From: Myxococcales bacterium
GTDB lineage: Bacteria > Myxococcota_A > UBA9042
Assembly (NCBI GenBank): GCA_037441385.1
Contig: JBBISH010000028.1
Span: forward strand, 1-57,329
Length of the DNA: 57,329 nt
Direction of reading: 5' to 3'
Made by a program: the position numbers and the translations under genes. Position 1 is the first letter of the stretch, and each line of letters starts with the position of its first letter. The notes under the pieces are model-generated. The model was given only the letters and a program-made list of their open reading frames with translations. It was not told where the DNA came from and did no database searches. This document shows, one piece after another, positions 38,194 through 47,847 of the stretch.

Positions 38194-38835
38194 ATGGGCC
38201 TGCAAGACATCGTTCGGTGGTTCATTCCACAAGAGATGCAATTCTATGACTTTTTGGAGAAGCAGGCCCGTCTGGCCGCAGCCGGTGCCAAGGCGCTGGC
38301 CGAACTGCTGAACCAGCAGGCCGACCCCGAACGGGTGCGCGACGCCGTGCAAGACGTGGAACACCAAGGCGACGCCGTGGTCCACGCCATGGAAGAAGAG
38401 CTGGCGCGCACCTTTGTCACGCCGATCGACCGCGAAGACCTGCAGATGCTGTCGGCGCGCCTGGACGACGTGCTGGACCTGACCAACGGCGCCGCCCGCG
38501 CGTATGTGCTGATGGGCATGGAAAATCCGTCGCCCGCGATGATCCAGCTGATGGAAAAACTGGTCGAGATCACCGCCGTGCTGGCCGATACCGTGCCGCA
38601 CCTGCGCCGCCACGCCTACTCCGACCTGGTGGTTGAATGCCGCAAGCTGCGCAAGATCGAGAAGGACAGCGACACCATCTACCGCGAGGCCATGCGCGAC
38701 TTGTTCCATGACCCAGCGATCGACGCCAAGACGCTGGTGCGCAATCGGCAGATTCTGGACGACCTGGAGCGCGCCATCGACTTTGCCGAGCTGGCGGGCG
38801 ACACCTTGATGCAGCTCTCGATCAAACACGGGTAG
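38194..38835 (+). CDS. DUF47 (PhoU-like) phosphate transport regulator, second copy
   Basis: EHQGD and TFVTPIDREDL..L...LDDVLD. Confidence 0.92.
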   Translation: MGLQDIVRWFIPQEMQFYDFLEKQARLAAAGAKALAELLNQQADPERVRDAVQDVEHQGDAVVHAMEEELARTFVTPIDREDLQMLSARLDDVLDLTNGAARAYVLMGMENPSPAMIQLMEKLVEITAVLADTVPHLRRHAYSDLVVECRKLRKIEKDSDTIYREAMRDLFHDPAIDAKTLVRNRQILDDLERAIDFAELAGDTLMQLSIKHG

Positions 38836-38841
38836 GCGGCG

Positions 38842-39861
38842 ATGCTCACGCTCCTTATCGTCGTCATCGTCGCGGCGCTGATCTTCGACTTCGTCAACGG
38901 TTTTCACGACGCCGCCAATGCCATCGCGACCGTGGTCTCGACCGGCGTGCTGCACGTGCGGACCGCGGTGATCGTCGCCGGTGCGTTCAATTTTGTGGGC
39001 GCCATGATGGGTACCGCGGTGGCCAAGACCATCGCCAACGACTTTACCACCCCGGGCCTCATGACCCTGACGGTGGTGCTGGCGACCCTGGTGGGCGCCG
39101 TGGCGTGGAACCTGCTGACGTGGTGGTTCGGCATCCCGTCGTCCAGCTCGCACGCGCTCATCGGCGCTCTGTGCGGGGCGGTGGTGGTCAAGGCCGGTGT
39201 GGGCGCGTTCAAGTGGAGCGCGCTCGTGCAAAAAGTGGTGGTGCCGCTGGTGATCTCGCCGCTGTTTGGCTTTGTCCTGGCGTTTGTGGTGATGGTGGGG
39301 CTGCTGTGGGCGCTGCGGCGCATGCGGCCGGCCACCGTGCACGTCCAGTCGCGGCGGATGCAGCTGCTGTCGGCGTGCTTCATGGCGCTGTCGCACGGCA
39401 GCAACGACGCGCAAAAGTCGATGGGTATCATTACGTTGGCGCTGACCATCTACCTAGCCAAGGGCGGCAGTCTGCCGGCTTGGATCCTACCGGCGCAGCC
39501 CGGTACGGTGCCGACCTGGGTGGTGGTCGCCTGCGCGCTGGCCATCGGCTTTGGCACCATGGGCGGCGGCAAGAAGATCATCCACACCATGGGCAGCAAG
39601 ATCATTCGCATCAACCCCTTGCAGGGCTTCGCGGCCGAGACCAGCGGCGCCGCCACCATCCTCATCGCCAGCCACATGGGCATCCCCCTGTCGACCACCC
39701 ACTGCATCAACGCCTGCATCATGGGCGTGGGCGCCAGCAAGCGCGTGTCGGCGGTGCGCTGGGGCGTGGCGGGCAACATCGTCACGGCGTGGGTGCTGAC
39801 CATCCCAGCCACGGCGCTTTTGGCCGGCCTGGCGCAGTACGTGTTTGACTTGTTTGGCTGA
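38842..39861 (+). CDS. pit: inorganic phosphate transporter, PiT family, second copy
   Basis: NGFHDAAN, GIPSSSSHAL, HGSNDAQK and PLSTTH. Confidence 0.95.
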   Translation: MLTLLIVVIVAALIFDFVNGFHDAANAIATVVSTGVLHVRTAVIVAGAFNFVGAMMGTAVAKTIANDFTTPGLMTLTVVLATLVGAVAWNLLTWWFGIPSSSSHALIGALCGAVVVKAGVGAFKWSALVQKVVVPLVISPLFGFVLAFVVMVGLLWALRRMRPATVHVQSRRMQLLSACFMALSHGSNDAQKSMGIITLALTIYLAKGGSLPAWILPAQPGTVPTWVVVACALAIGFGTMGGGKKIIHTMGSKIIRINPLQGFAAETSGAATILIASHMGIPLSTTHCINACIMGVGASKRVSAVRWGVAGNIVTAWVLTIPATALLAGLAQYVFDLFG

Positions 39862-39888
39862 TCTCAGGGATCGCCGCAGAGGCAGCAA

Positions 39889-40554
39889 ATGGAAAATCAG
39901 AAGAAAGTCGCCGTGATCTTGTGCGGCAGTGGCTACAAGGACGGCAGCGAAATTCGCGAGTCGGTGGCGGTACTTTGGGCCCTGTCGCAGCACCCGGTGC
40001 AGGTGCAGTGCTTCGCCCCCGACGCGGACCAGACTGACGTGGTCAACTGCTTGACCGGCAAAGTAGAAAAGAAGCAGAAGCGCAACATGCTGGTCGAGTC
40101 GGCGCGCATCGCCCGCGGCCAGGTCGTGGCGCTTACCGAGCTGGACCCGGCCCAGTTCGACGCCATCATCCTGCCCGGTGGCTTTGGTGCGGCCAAGAAC
40201 CTGTGCGATTTTGCTGTGAATGGGGCCAAGGGCACGGTGCGGCCCGAGCTGCAGAGCGCCCTGCACGCGTTCCATAGCGCAGGCAAGCCGATCGGCGCGG
40301 TGTGCATCGCCCCGGCGATCGTGGCGCTGGCGTTTGCCGGCCAAGGCTTTGACCTGACCCTGGGCGCGGCGGGTGGCGCGGCCGATGCGGCGGTCGAGCT
40401 GGGGCATAACCACGTGGTGACGCTGCCCAATCAGTGCCTGATCGACCGCGACCACAAGATCGTGACGAGCCCGGCGTACATGTACGACGACGCGCCGCTG
40501 CACGAAGTCTTTGAAGGGATTCGCAAGCTGGTGGCGGCGGTCGTGGGGTTGTAG
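39889..40554 (+). CDS. elbB: ElbB/ES1-like glyoxalase (DJ-1/PfpI superfamily)
   Basis: KKVAVIL.GSG..DGSEI.E, RNMLVESARIARG, PGGFGAAKNL, CIAP and TSPAYM. Confidence 0.92.
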   Translation: MENQKKVAVILCGSGYKDGSEIRESVAVLWALSQHPVQVQCFAPDADQTDVVNCLTGKVEKKQKRNMLVESARIARGQVVALTELDPAQFDAIILPGGFGAAKNLCDFAVNGAKGTVRPELQSALHAFHSAGKPIGAVCIAPAIVALAFAGQGFDLTLGAAGGAADAAVELGHNHVVTLPNQCLIDRDHKIVTSPAYMYDDAPLHEVFEGIRKLVAAVVGL

Positions 40555-40573
40555 TCTCGCGCCGGAATTTGGC

Positions 40574-41581
40574 CTACTTGCCCACGATGATCGTCGTAAT
40601 CGCGATCCCCATGGCCTTGGCCTTGCCCAGGGCGTTGGCGCGGTTGTAGTCTGCGTACTTCTCGTGCGGCGGGGCATCGCCAATGACCACCAGCAGTTTG
40701 ATGGCCTCGGGCCGCCAGGATAGACCGGCCGCCGCCTTGTAGATGCCGGCGTAGACGTGCTCGGGTTCGTCGCCGCCGCAGCCGATGTTGGCGCGGGCGA
40801 AGGCACCGGCCACGGCGCCCTTTTCTTCGGTGAACGGCGACTCGATGCGTGTGACCCAGGGGCATTCGCCGCCCTGGTCCTTGTAGTACACCACGGCCAC
40901 GCGGGTTTTGCCCGGTCGGTTGAAGGCCTGGGCCAGCATCGAGCTCGCCGCGCCGCGCAGGGCGGCCAGATCGTCCGCCATCGAGCCGGTGGCGTCGATC
41001 AGCAGCGCCATGTCCAGGTCGGGCACGTCTTTGTAGCTGGTGAGCAAGCGCGTGATCGCGCCCGGCAGAGCCCCGGCCGTGGCCGCGGCAAATACGCCGC
41101 CGCCGGTGGCCACGGCGATCTCGCGGAAGACCGTCGCGGTGGTGGCGTCGAAGTTGCCAGGGGGCAGGCTGCCGATGCGCGGCGGGCGCGGCGCTTCGGG
41201 TTTGACGCCGCCCGTGGCGGTGCCGGTTCCGGGCGTCCCGCTGGGGACGGTCACCGGTTTGGGTGGTTCGGGCTTGGGCGGTTCGGGCTTGGGTGGCTCG
41301 GGCTTTGGCGGCTCCGGTTTAGGCGGCTCGGGCTTGGCCGGTTCGGCCGCTTTGGGTGCAACCTTGGGTTTGGGCTTGGCACCCGGCGTGGGCGCCTGGA
41401 ACACCAAATTGGCCTCGTTGGGTCCCGGATCCAGCGCCTCTTGGGTGGCGCTGGCCAAGGCCACGTCGCTGGACAAGTTGGCCGGCGGCGGTTTCTCGCA
41501 GCCGCCAAGGGCCAGCGCGGTCAAGGCTGCCAGCAGGCTGGCTGGGGTCCTACCCACACGAATCGGGTTCGATGCCTCCAC
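40574..41581 (-). CDS. vWA-domain lipoprotein with Pro-rich repeat linker
   Basis: LGGC lipobox, (PKPEP)n linker, DATGSM MIDAS, GGDEPE, WRP and IGDAPPH. Confidence 0.85.
   Translation of the reverse strand: MEASNPIRVGRTPASLLAALTALALGGCEKPPPANLSSDVALASATQEALDPGPNEANLVFQAPTPGAKPKPKVAPKAAEPAKPEPPKPEPPKPEPPKPEPPKPEPPKPVTVPSGTPGTGTATGGVKPEAPRPPRIGSLPPGNFDATTATVFREIAVATGGGVFAAATAGALPGAITRLLTSYKDVPDLDMALLIDATGSMADDLAALRGAASSMLAQAFNRPGKTRVAVVYYKDQGGECPWVTRIESPFTEEKGAVAGAFARANIGCGGDEPEHVYAGIYKAAAGLSWRPEAIKLLVVIGDAPPHEKYADYNRANALGKAKAMGIAITTIIVGK
41255..41345 (-). repeat. coding 15-bp tandem repeat (PKPEP, about 5 units)
   Basis: Degenerate GGTTCGGGCTTGGGC-like units with synonymous variation. Confidence 0.8.
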
Positions 41582-41634
41582 CCCTCACCTTCCTGCGCAC
41601 ATCCCGCGCTGCGCCAGCGTAGCAGAAATCCAGG

Positions 41635-42906
41635 CTACTTGCGCCCCGCTGGCTTGGTCTTGGCCGGCGCAGCGTCCTTGGCCTCTACCTTTGGACGCTT
41701 GGGAGCGGGTTTGTCGCTGAGCGGCTCGCACAATTCCGCGGTCGCCTGCGCCGGTTGGGCCCGTTGCGGTTCGCGTTTGTTGGCCGCCAGGGCTTCGCGC
41801 ACCAGACTGTGGGCCGCGCCTACAGCCTCGCCACAGACCACGTCGACTCGAAGCGCCAAGTCCATCGTTCCGTCCAGGTCGCCCTTGGCCAGCGCCGCCT
41901 TGGCATCGCGCAGCCAGATCGATTGCGGGTCCGCGTCATTTTGCGCATCGCCGCCCGCTCCGCCGGCCAAACGCTTCTTGCGGGTGGCCAGCCGCGCCAC
42001 CGCCTGCTCGTCGTGTACTGCCGCTTGCTTCTCGACTTGCTCGCACGCCGTCTGGACGGTGCCGGCCGCGCGATCCGCCGGGCTGGCGTCGGCGCGGCCC
42101 TCGCACAGAGCACGCAAGTGCTCGAAATCTGTGACCGTGAACCGCCGCTCCAGCAGCGGCTGCCAAGACCAACTGCTGGCTGCGGGCTTGAGGAGCCACG
42201 ACGCGCGGGCAAAGTGCACTTCCTCCCCCAGCGCGCCGTCGTAGAACCGCCCGCTGATCACCGCCAAGAAGGGCTGTCGGTCGTCGCCCGTGGCGATCAG
42301 GTTGGCCCAACCGCTCGCGTCGTGGCCGGCCTTTTGCCGCTCGGCGGGCAGTTTGCTCGCGGGTCGGACAAGCGCCGCCACTTCTTGCGTGATCTTCTTG
42401 TCATCGGGCCCCACCGCCACCAACAAGTACTTGCGCCCGGTGTTGCCGATGCGGTCGGTCCGCTCGCCGTCAAGGCTATGCAGAATGCAGCCTTGCAGGG
42501 TCTGCTCGGGCTGGCCGGCCGCTACGGGCAGGGCCACTTCGATGCGCTTGACCAGGCTGTAGCCGCTAGGGGCGGCGTCGGAGCAGTCGCGTGTGCTGGG
42601 CTCGGGCGCGCCGCCGTTCGAGAAGCCGAGGCGTGGCGCAGCCTTGGGTAGCGGTGGCAGCAGATCGCCCAACGTTTGCCCGGCGGGCAGGTCCATGGGC
42701 TCGGCGCCAATGCCTGCTGCGGCTGGGGCGACGGGCGCCGGCGCGGGAGCGGCTGCAGTGGGTCCAGGTGCGGGAGCCGGTGCTGGCGGCGGAGCTCCGT
42801 GCTTTTTGCCACACCCGCCAAGGGCAGCGACCAGGCTCAGGGCCGCCGCGACAGAGGAGCTTCGGCAGCCAAAGGTGCGCAATTCGGCAGGAAAAAAGCG
42901 ATGCAT
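41635..42906 (-). CDS. putative lipoprotein
   Basis: LGGC lipobox and Pro/Ala linker; several Cys. Confidence 0.65.
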   Translation of the reverse strand: MHRFFPAELRTFGCRSSSVAAALSLVAALGGCGKKHGAPPPAPAPAPGPTAAAPAPAPVAPAAAGIGAEPMDLPAGQTLGDLLPPLPKAAPRLGFSNGGAPEPSTRDCSDAAPSGYSLVKRIEVALPVAAGQPEQTLQGCILHSLDGERTDRIGNTGRKYLLVAVGPDDKKITQEVAALVRPASKLPAERQKAGHDASGWANLIATGDDRQPFLAVISGRFYDGALGEEVHFARASWLLKPAASSWSWQPLLERRFTVTDFEHLRALCEGRADASPADRAAGTVQTACEQVEKQAAVHDEQAVARLATRKKRLAGGAGGDAQNDADPQSIWLRDAKAALAKGDLDGTMDLALRVDVVCGEAVGAAHSLVREALAANKREPQRAQPAQATAELCEPLSDKPAPKRPKVEAKDAAPAKTKPAGRK

Positions 42907-42927
42907 GGGCGGCAACTCCCGGCGGGA

Positions 42928-44394
42928 TCAACGTCGCGCGGTGGCCAGCGGCTCGCTGCGCAGCTCGGCAAGGGCCTGCGCGTCGTCTTCGGCCGAAGGC
43001 GAAGCCAGCCGCAAGTGGTGGTGGGCATCGTGGCCGGGCAGGGTTTGCACCACCTGCCGCCACAGAACCGTATCGCGCTCGCCGCTTGGCAATTTGCGCT
43101 TGAGCCACGCGCGCACCCGCGGCCCCACCCAGATGCGCTCGACCGGCGTGCCGTAGCTCGCCGCGGTCTCGGCCAGCAACTGGAACCAGCGCATGCTCAG
43201 CTTGGCGTCGATCTTCTTGAGGCGCACGTGCGACAGCCCTTGGTTGGTCCGCGACGCGTACGAGATATCCACATCCCGGCCGGCCAGGTGCGTGACGTGG
43301 CCCGCTTCGCCCAGCATCCGCCAGCGATCCCAGCCCAGCAGTTGCGCCGCCTCGTCGCGGATGGGTCGCCAGCGGGTCTCGCCGGCAAAACTTTCGGGCT
43401 TGCCGGGGCGCCAACGGGCGATGCGCAATTCGACCACCTTGTCCAGCTCTAGACCGTTCACCATCGGCCGCGTCGTGATGGCCAGCACTTGCATGCCTTT
43501 CTTGCGATCGACGCGATGCTGCAGGTAAGCGGTGCGATCCTGGCCGTGTTCGGCGTCCCACGTGTGGCTTGCGCTTTGACGCACCACCTCGCCTTGGGTC
43601 AGCACACGGCGCGCGTCGCGCAGCATGGTGGCCAACAAACGCTTTTGCGCGCGCGGCTTGTTCGGCAGCGGCTCTTGGACAAAGCGGCGCACGGCCAGGC
43701 GCACCAGCTTGTCGTCGCCGTTGCCCTGGGCCACGCCCACCACGCGCTGCTCGACCAATAGCCGCGTGTCCCCCCGGAAGCGGTCCGCCTCCAAAGGAAA
43801 CTCGGACGAATCGACCTGATCGACGATCATCGGCTCGCCCAAAACCCGCCGCGCCCGCGCCAGCAGCCGTTGCGCCGCCGGATCGCCGCGCCGATCGGTC
43901 ACTTGCCGCACTAGGGTCCCGTAGGCCAGCTGCCCGCAGCCGGGTTGGGCAATGTCGCCCAGAGTTAGCTGGACATCGGGATATTCGCTGGCAAATTTCT
44001 CGGCCGCCCGCAGCAGCACCCGCGCCAAGGACGGGCGCACCCACGACCGACCGCGGAACTGGTCGCGAAACACCAGCGTCGAGCCGGCCCGCGCCGCCAC
44101 CTCGCGAAAATCGATGAGATCGCGGCACACCATCTGATCGACGCCACCGCGGTGGATCGCCATCGCTTGCGAGGCCGGCGATGTCATGGACTTCAGGCGC
44201 ATCCACGCGCTCTCGGCCTGCTCGGCGTCGGTCCAAACCAACTTGGGCAGCTCTAGATCCGGGTCGCGCGCCTCGCCTCCGGTCGCCGTCAGCGCCTGGG
44301 CAAGCTGGACACTTTCGCGCGTAAAATCAGCGGGCTGTTCCACCGGCGCCAGCGCGGTCAAGAGGAGCAGCAGCATGGTAGCGAGCGAGCCCAT
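42928..44394 (-). CDS. MepA-like (LAS-type) murein endopeptidase with a large insertion
   Basis: Signal peptide; GDIAQPGCG; H.TH..GRDVDI (Hx6D); GHDAHHHLR (HxH). Confidence 0.72.
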   Translation of the reverse strand: MGSLATMLLLLLTALAPVEQPADFTRESVQLAQALTATGGEARDPDLELPKLVWTDAEQAESAWMRLKSMTSPASQAMAIHRGGVDQMVCRDLIDFREVAARAGSTLVFRDQFRGRSWVRPSLARVLLRAAEKFASEYPDVQLTLGDIAQPGCGQLAYGTLVRQVTDRRGDPAAQRLLARARRVLGEPMIVDQVDSSEFPLEADRFRGDTRLLVEQRVVGVAQGNGDDKLVRLAVRRFVQEPLPNKPRAQKRLLATMLRDARRVLTQGEVVRQSASHTWDAEHGQDRTAYLQHRVDRKKGMQVLAITTRPMVNGLELDKVVELRIARWRPGKPESFAGETRWRPIRDEAAQLLGWDRWRMLGEAGHVTHLAGRDVDISYASRTNQGLSHVRLKKIDAKLSMRWFQLLAETAASYGTPVERIWVGPRVRAWLKRKLPSGERDTVLWRQVVQTLPGHDAHHHLRLASPSAEDDAQALAELRSEPLATARR

Positions 44395-44495
44395 GCCCCG
44401 AATGTACCTGAGCGAGATTATCTGTCCAGTTCGGTCGAATTATTGTTCGCCGTATTCGCGGGTCAGAACAAAACTCGGGTATTTTGCTTAGTTTT

Positions 44496-47400
44496 CTACA
44501 GTCGCCGCAGGGCGGTCTCCACCTCGGCCTGCAGCTCGGGCTGGCTGGTCAACACGTATGCCTGGGTCCACAGCCGCTCGGCTTCTTCGTCCGCGCCAAC
44601 GGTCTGAGCCGCCTTCGCCAGTCGGGCATACAGGACCGCCGCCTCTTCCGGCTGGCCGCCCATCTTCAAGTGGTGGGTCAGGCGCAGCGACTCTTCGAGA
44701 TCGGTGCGGCCTTGCTTTAGGGTCCAGGCCGCGATTTGCCGGTGCAGGGCCCGCCGCCGCGCCAAGGGCACGATGTTGTAGGCCACGCGCAAGCGCAGCA
44801 CCGACGCCAGGCGATACTCGCGGTCGCGCGGGTAGCGCGAGCTGGCCTCGCGGACGATGAAACCGATTTGAAGAAGCATTTCAAGCGCTTCGTCGGCGTT
44901 CTCCACACCCAGATCGCGCAGCGCACCGGCCCAGAACTCGCTGCCCATCACCACGGCGGTGGCCAGCGCCTCGCGCGCATGGGCGGGCAGGGTGTCGATG
45001 AGCAGCTTGATCGCGCCCTGCAGGTCGCCCGGCCGCACCCCCACCGGGACCTTGCTGGCCAAGAGGCGCCACTCGCCTTGATCCAGGACCATCGCCTCGC
45101 TGCGCGCCAGCAGGTGCACCAGTTCGCCGGCCATAAAGGGGTTGCCCAAGGCGTGATCTTGCACCCAACTGACCAGGCCGTGATCGGCGGGCGCGGCCAA
45201 CATCTCGCGCACCAGGCAGTGGATCGCGGCGTCGGCAACGGGCTCTAGGATCAACTGCTCGTCAAAGTGCAGAGGCAACTGCTGCGGCAGGGTCTGGCGC
45301 ACGCCCACCGAGGCGGCTTCCAAGTCGTCGGTCTCGGTCGAGCTGGCCGCCGTTAGAATCGGCGAACCGTCAAGCTGTTCAAAGACTTCGCGCAGCAGGT
45401 TGCGGCTGGCCGGGTCCATGTTCTGCGCGTTGCGGATCAGCAGCAGCACCGGCGTGGTCACCGCCACCGCCCGGAAGTAGGTCGCGAGCGCGTTGGCCAG
45501 CTTGCGTCGCCCCGAACCGGCCATCTCTTCGCGCGCGCCCATCCGTTGCGAGTCCTCGATGTCGAAGGCAGGCAATGTGGCAATGGTATCGGCGACTTGA
45601 TCGGCCTCGGCTTCGCGCGCCGGCGTCAGGGTCCGCCGACCCAGCCGGGCAAAAGCGTAGCGGACCATCCGGCGTAGCTTGGCGCGGGCCGCCTCTGCGG
45701 TATCGGCATCGAGGACCCCGGCGCGCAGCCGCACCAGGTCGACGATCGCTGCGTAGGGCAGATCGCGCCGCAGTGCCGTGCACGTCACTTCCATCAAGAT
45801 GTACAGCTTGGTGGGGTGCCGCTCGACTTGGCCGCGGAACGCATCGAGCAGGCTGTTCTTGCCCATGCCCAGCTTGCCCGAGACCAGCGCCGCCATCGGC
45901 TGGCTGCTCATCTCGGCGTCTTCCAGCATCAGCCACAGCCGCCGCAGTTCCACTTCGCGGCCCGTGCGCGGCAAGTCGCTGGACCAGCCGTGGCATAGCA
46001 TCAGCAGGTCGCGGTTGTACTCGCGCACGAACACAGTCGACATGGCGTCGCGGTGGCCGTCCAAGCGCGCCAGAAACAGGTACGGCCCGATGGGCAGCTC
46101 GGCGCCCACGATCGGGGCATGCCCAAGCTCGTAGTGATCGGGCGGTTTTTCGATCTGGCCGCGCACGTCGTCGAACGGGATGGCGTAGATGAGCGCGCCC
46201 TGCGGCTGGCTGCGGATGTGGACCACGCCCTTCTTGGCCGCGCCGCCTTCCAGCTCGTGCGCGCGGCGGGCAAACACCAGCTTGGTGGCGTGATCGCCCT
46301 CGGCATTGGCCTCGTCGTGGCGGAGCCAGTACAGCTCGATCAGCTTTTCGCGCGCGGCGGGGTGGCCCTCGCCCTGATCGATGGCCTGCTGCAGATGCTC
46401 GACGGCCTGCGAAAACGTTTGGCTGAACAAGACTTCGAGGAGGTCGGCCTGCTGGCGCACCGCCTGCAGGTGCTGCTTGTAGCTGTGGGCGTGCCACGGC
46501 CGCACTTCGCGGGTCAGCGCGTCCACCTCTTGCAGGATGAACTCGCGCTCGGTGCGCAGCGCTTCGGCCTCGGCCAAAACTTCCAGGGCCTTTTGGTACG
46601 ACGCCTCGGCGCGCTCGCGCAGGCGCTGCCGCTCCAAGTCGCCGGCCAGAAATGCCTCTAGCGCGGCATAGACTTCGCGCATGCTCTGGGGCCGCCGCTC
46701 GCGGCGCTTGTCCAGCATGCGCATGCACAGCTGCTCCAGGTCGGGCGGCACGGCGCGATCGCGGGCCACGGCCGAGGGCGGCAGCGGCACCACGTTCTGG
46801 CACGCTTCCAGCTGCTGCTTGCTGGATTCGCCGCCGTAGGGACGCCGCAACGCTAGGACTTCGTACAGGATCACGCCCAGCGAGTAGATGTCGGCGCGGG
46901 CGTCCACCTCGCGGTCGCGGCCGCCGGCCTGCTCGGGGCTCATGTAGGCGGGTGTGCCAATCACGATGCCGTCGCTGGCGGTCTCGTGGTCCAGGCGCTT
47001 GGCGATGCCCCAGTCGCTGATCTGCACCTCGCCCAGTTCGCCCAGCAGCACGTTGTCGGGTTTGAGGTCGCGGTGGACGATGCCGCGGTCGTGGGCGTGG
47101 GCCAGGCCCTGGGCGATTTGAATAAAGACCTGCACCAGCCGCCGCAGCGGCCACTGCACGGTCGCGGCCGGATCGCCCACCTGCAGCAGGCGCACCACGT
47201 CGCCCATGGCGTGCCCCGTAACCCGGCGCATCGTATAGTAGGTGTGGCCGCTCGGTCTTAGGCCCAGCTCGTAGATCGGCAGGATCGAGGGGTGCTCCAA
47301 ACTGCCCAGGATGCGTGCCTCGCGGCGCAACGCACCCACGAACTCTGGCCGAGTGCTCAGGTCCTCTTGCAGGACCTTCATCGCCACGTCGCGCTCGAGC

Positions 47401-47792
47401 CCGCGGTCGTGCACCGCCAAGACGAGCCCCATCCCGCCGCGGCCCAGTTCGCTGATCTCGCCATAGCGGCCTGGGTGCTCGCGCGCCAAGCCTGCCTCGT
47501 CGCCCACGTCTAGCTGCAGCAGCGGCGCCGAGGTCACGGCCAAGTCCGCCTCTACGTTGGTGATCGGTGCGATCGGCAGGTCCTGCGACGTGGGCTCGCG
47601 CAGTTGGGCCTGCAGTTCGGCGCGCTCGGCGTCGCTGATCTGACCAGTTTGCCGGAAGCGCTCGATCTTGGTGATGATGGGGCTATCGCTGCCGTCGCCC
47701 GAGCCGGAGGCACGAAACGGCTGGATCACCGTGGCGAGTTTGCCGTCGCGGTGGCCCTCAGCCGGCGTGGGGGTTGGCTTGGAATCGGGCAA
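44496..47792 (-). CDS. Ser/Thr kinase fused to a PEGA-like domain and a degenerate STAND/AAA ATPase
   Basis: GRGGMG, VAMK, HRDLKPDN, DWG and GTPAYMSPEQ; IRSQPQGA PEGA-like segment; GREVEL, GKLGMGKN and GNPF. Confidence 0.9.
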   Translation of the reverse strand: MPDSKPTPTPAEGHRDGKLATVIQPFRASGSGDGSDSPIITKIERFRQTGQISDAERAELQAQLREPTSQDLPIAPITNVEADLAVTSAPLLQLDVGDEAGLAREHPGRYGEISELGRGGMGLVLAVHDRGLERDVAMKVLQEDLSTRPEFVGALRREARILGSLEHPSILPIYELGLRPSGHTYYTMRRVTGHAMGDVVRLLQVGDPAATVQWPLRRLVQVFIQIAQGLAHAHDRGIVHRDLKPDNVLLGELGEVQISDWGIAKRLDHETASDGIVIGTPAYMSPEQAGGRDREVDARADIYSLGVILYEVLALRRPYGGESSKQQLEACQNVVPLPPSAVARDRAVPPDLEQLCMRMLDKRRERRPQSMREVYAALEAFLAGDLERQRLRERAEASYQKALEVLAEAEALRTEREFILQEVDALTREVRPWHAHSYKQHLQAVRQQADLLEVLFSQTFSQAVEHLQQAIDQGEGHPAAREKLIELYWLRHDEANAEGDHATKLVFARRAHELEGGAAKKGVVHIRSQPQGALIYAIPFDDVRGQIEKPPDHYELGHAPIVGAELPIGPYLFLARLDGHRDAMSTVFVREYNRDLLMLCHGWSSDLPRTGREVELRRLWLMLEDAEMSSQPMAALVSGKLGMGKNSLLDAFRGQVERHPTKLYILMEVTCTALRRDLPYAAIVDLVRLRAGVLDADTAEAARAKLRRMVRYAFARLGRRTLTPAREAEADQVADTIATLPAFDIEDSQRMGAREEMAGSGRRKLANALATYFRAVAVTTPVLLLIRNAQNMDPASRNLLREVFEQLDGSPILTAASSTETDDLEAASVGVRQTLPQQLPLHFDEQLILEPVADAAIHCLVREMLAAPADHGLVSWVQDHALGNPFMAGELVHLLARSEAMVLDQGEWRLLASKVPVGVRPGDLQGAIKLLIDTLPAHAREALATAVVMGSEFWAGALRDLGVENADEALEMLLQIGFIVREASSRYPRDREYRLASVLRLRVAYNIVPLARRRALHRQIAAWTLKQGRTDLEESLRLTHHLKMGGQPEEAAVLYARLAKAAQTVGADEEAERLWTQAYVLTSQPELQAEVETALRRL

Positions 47793-47847
47793 GAGCGGCT
47801 CCTTGGCCGGCGAATACCGCTAGAATGCCACGGCCGGCGATCCCGCG

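Noticed and set aside
41255..41345. Short tandem repeats as a possible CRISPR array
   Set aside because: No spacers; the repeats are in-frame and encode PKPEP with synonymous variation; no cas genes.
43310..43920. Insert in the MepA-like gene as an intein
   Set aside because: No Cys/Ser start block, no His-Asn end and no LAGLIDADG motif.
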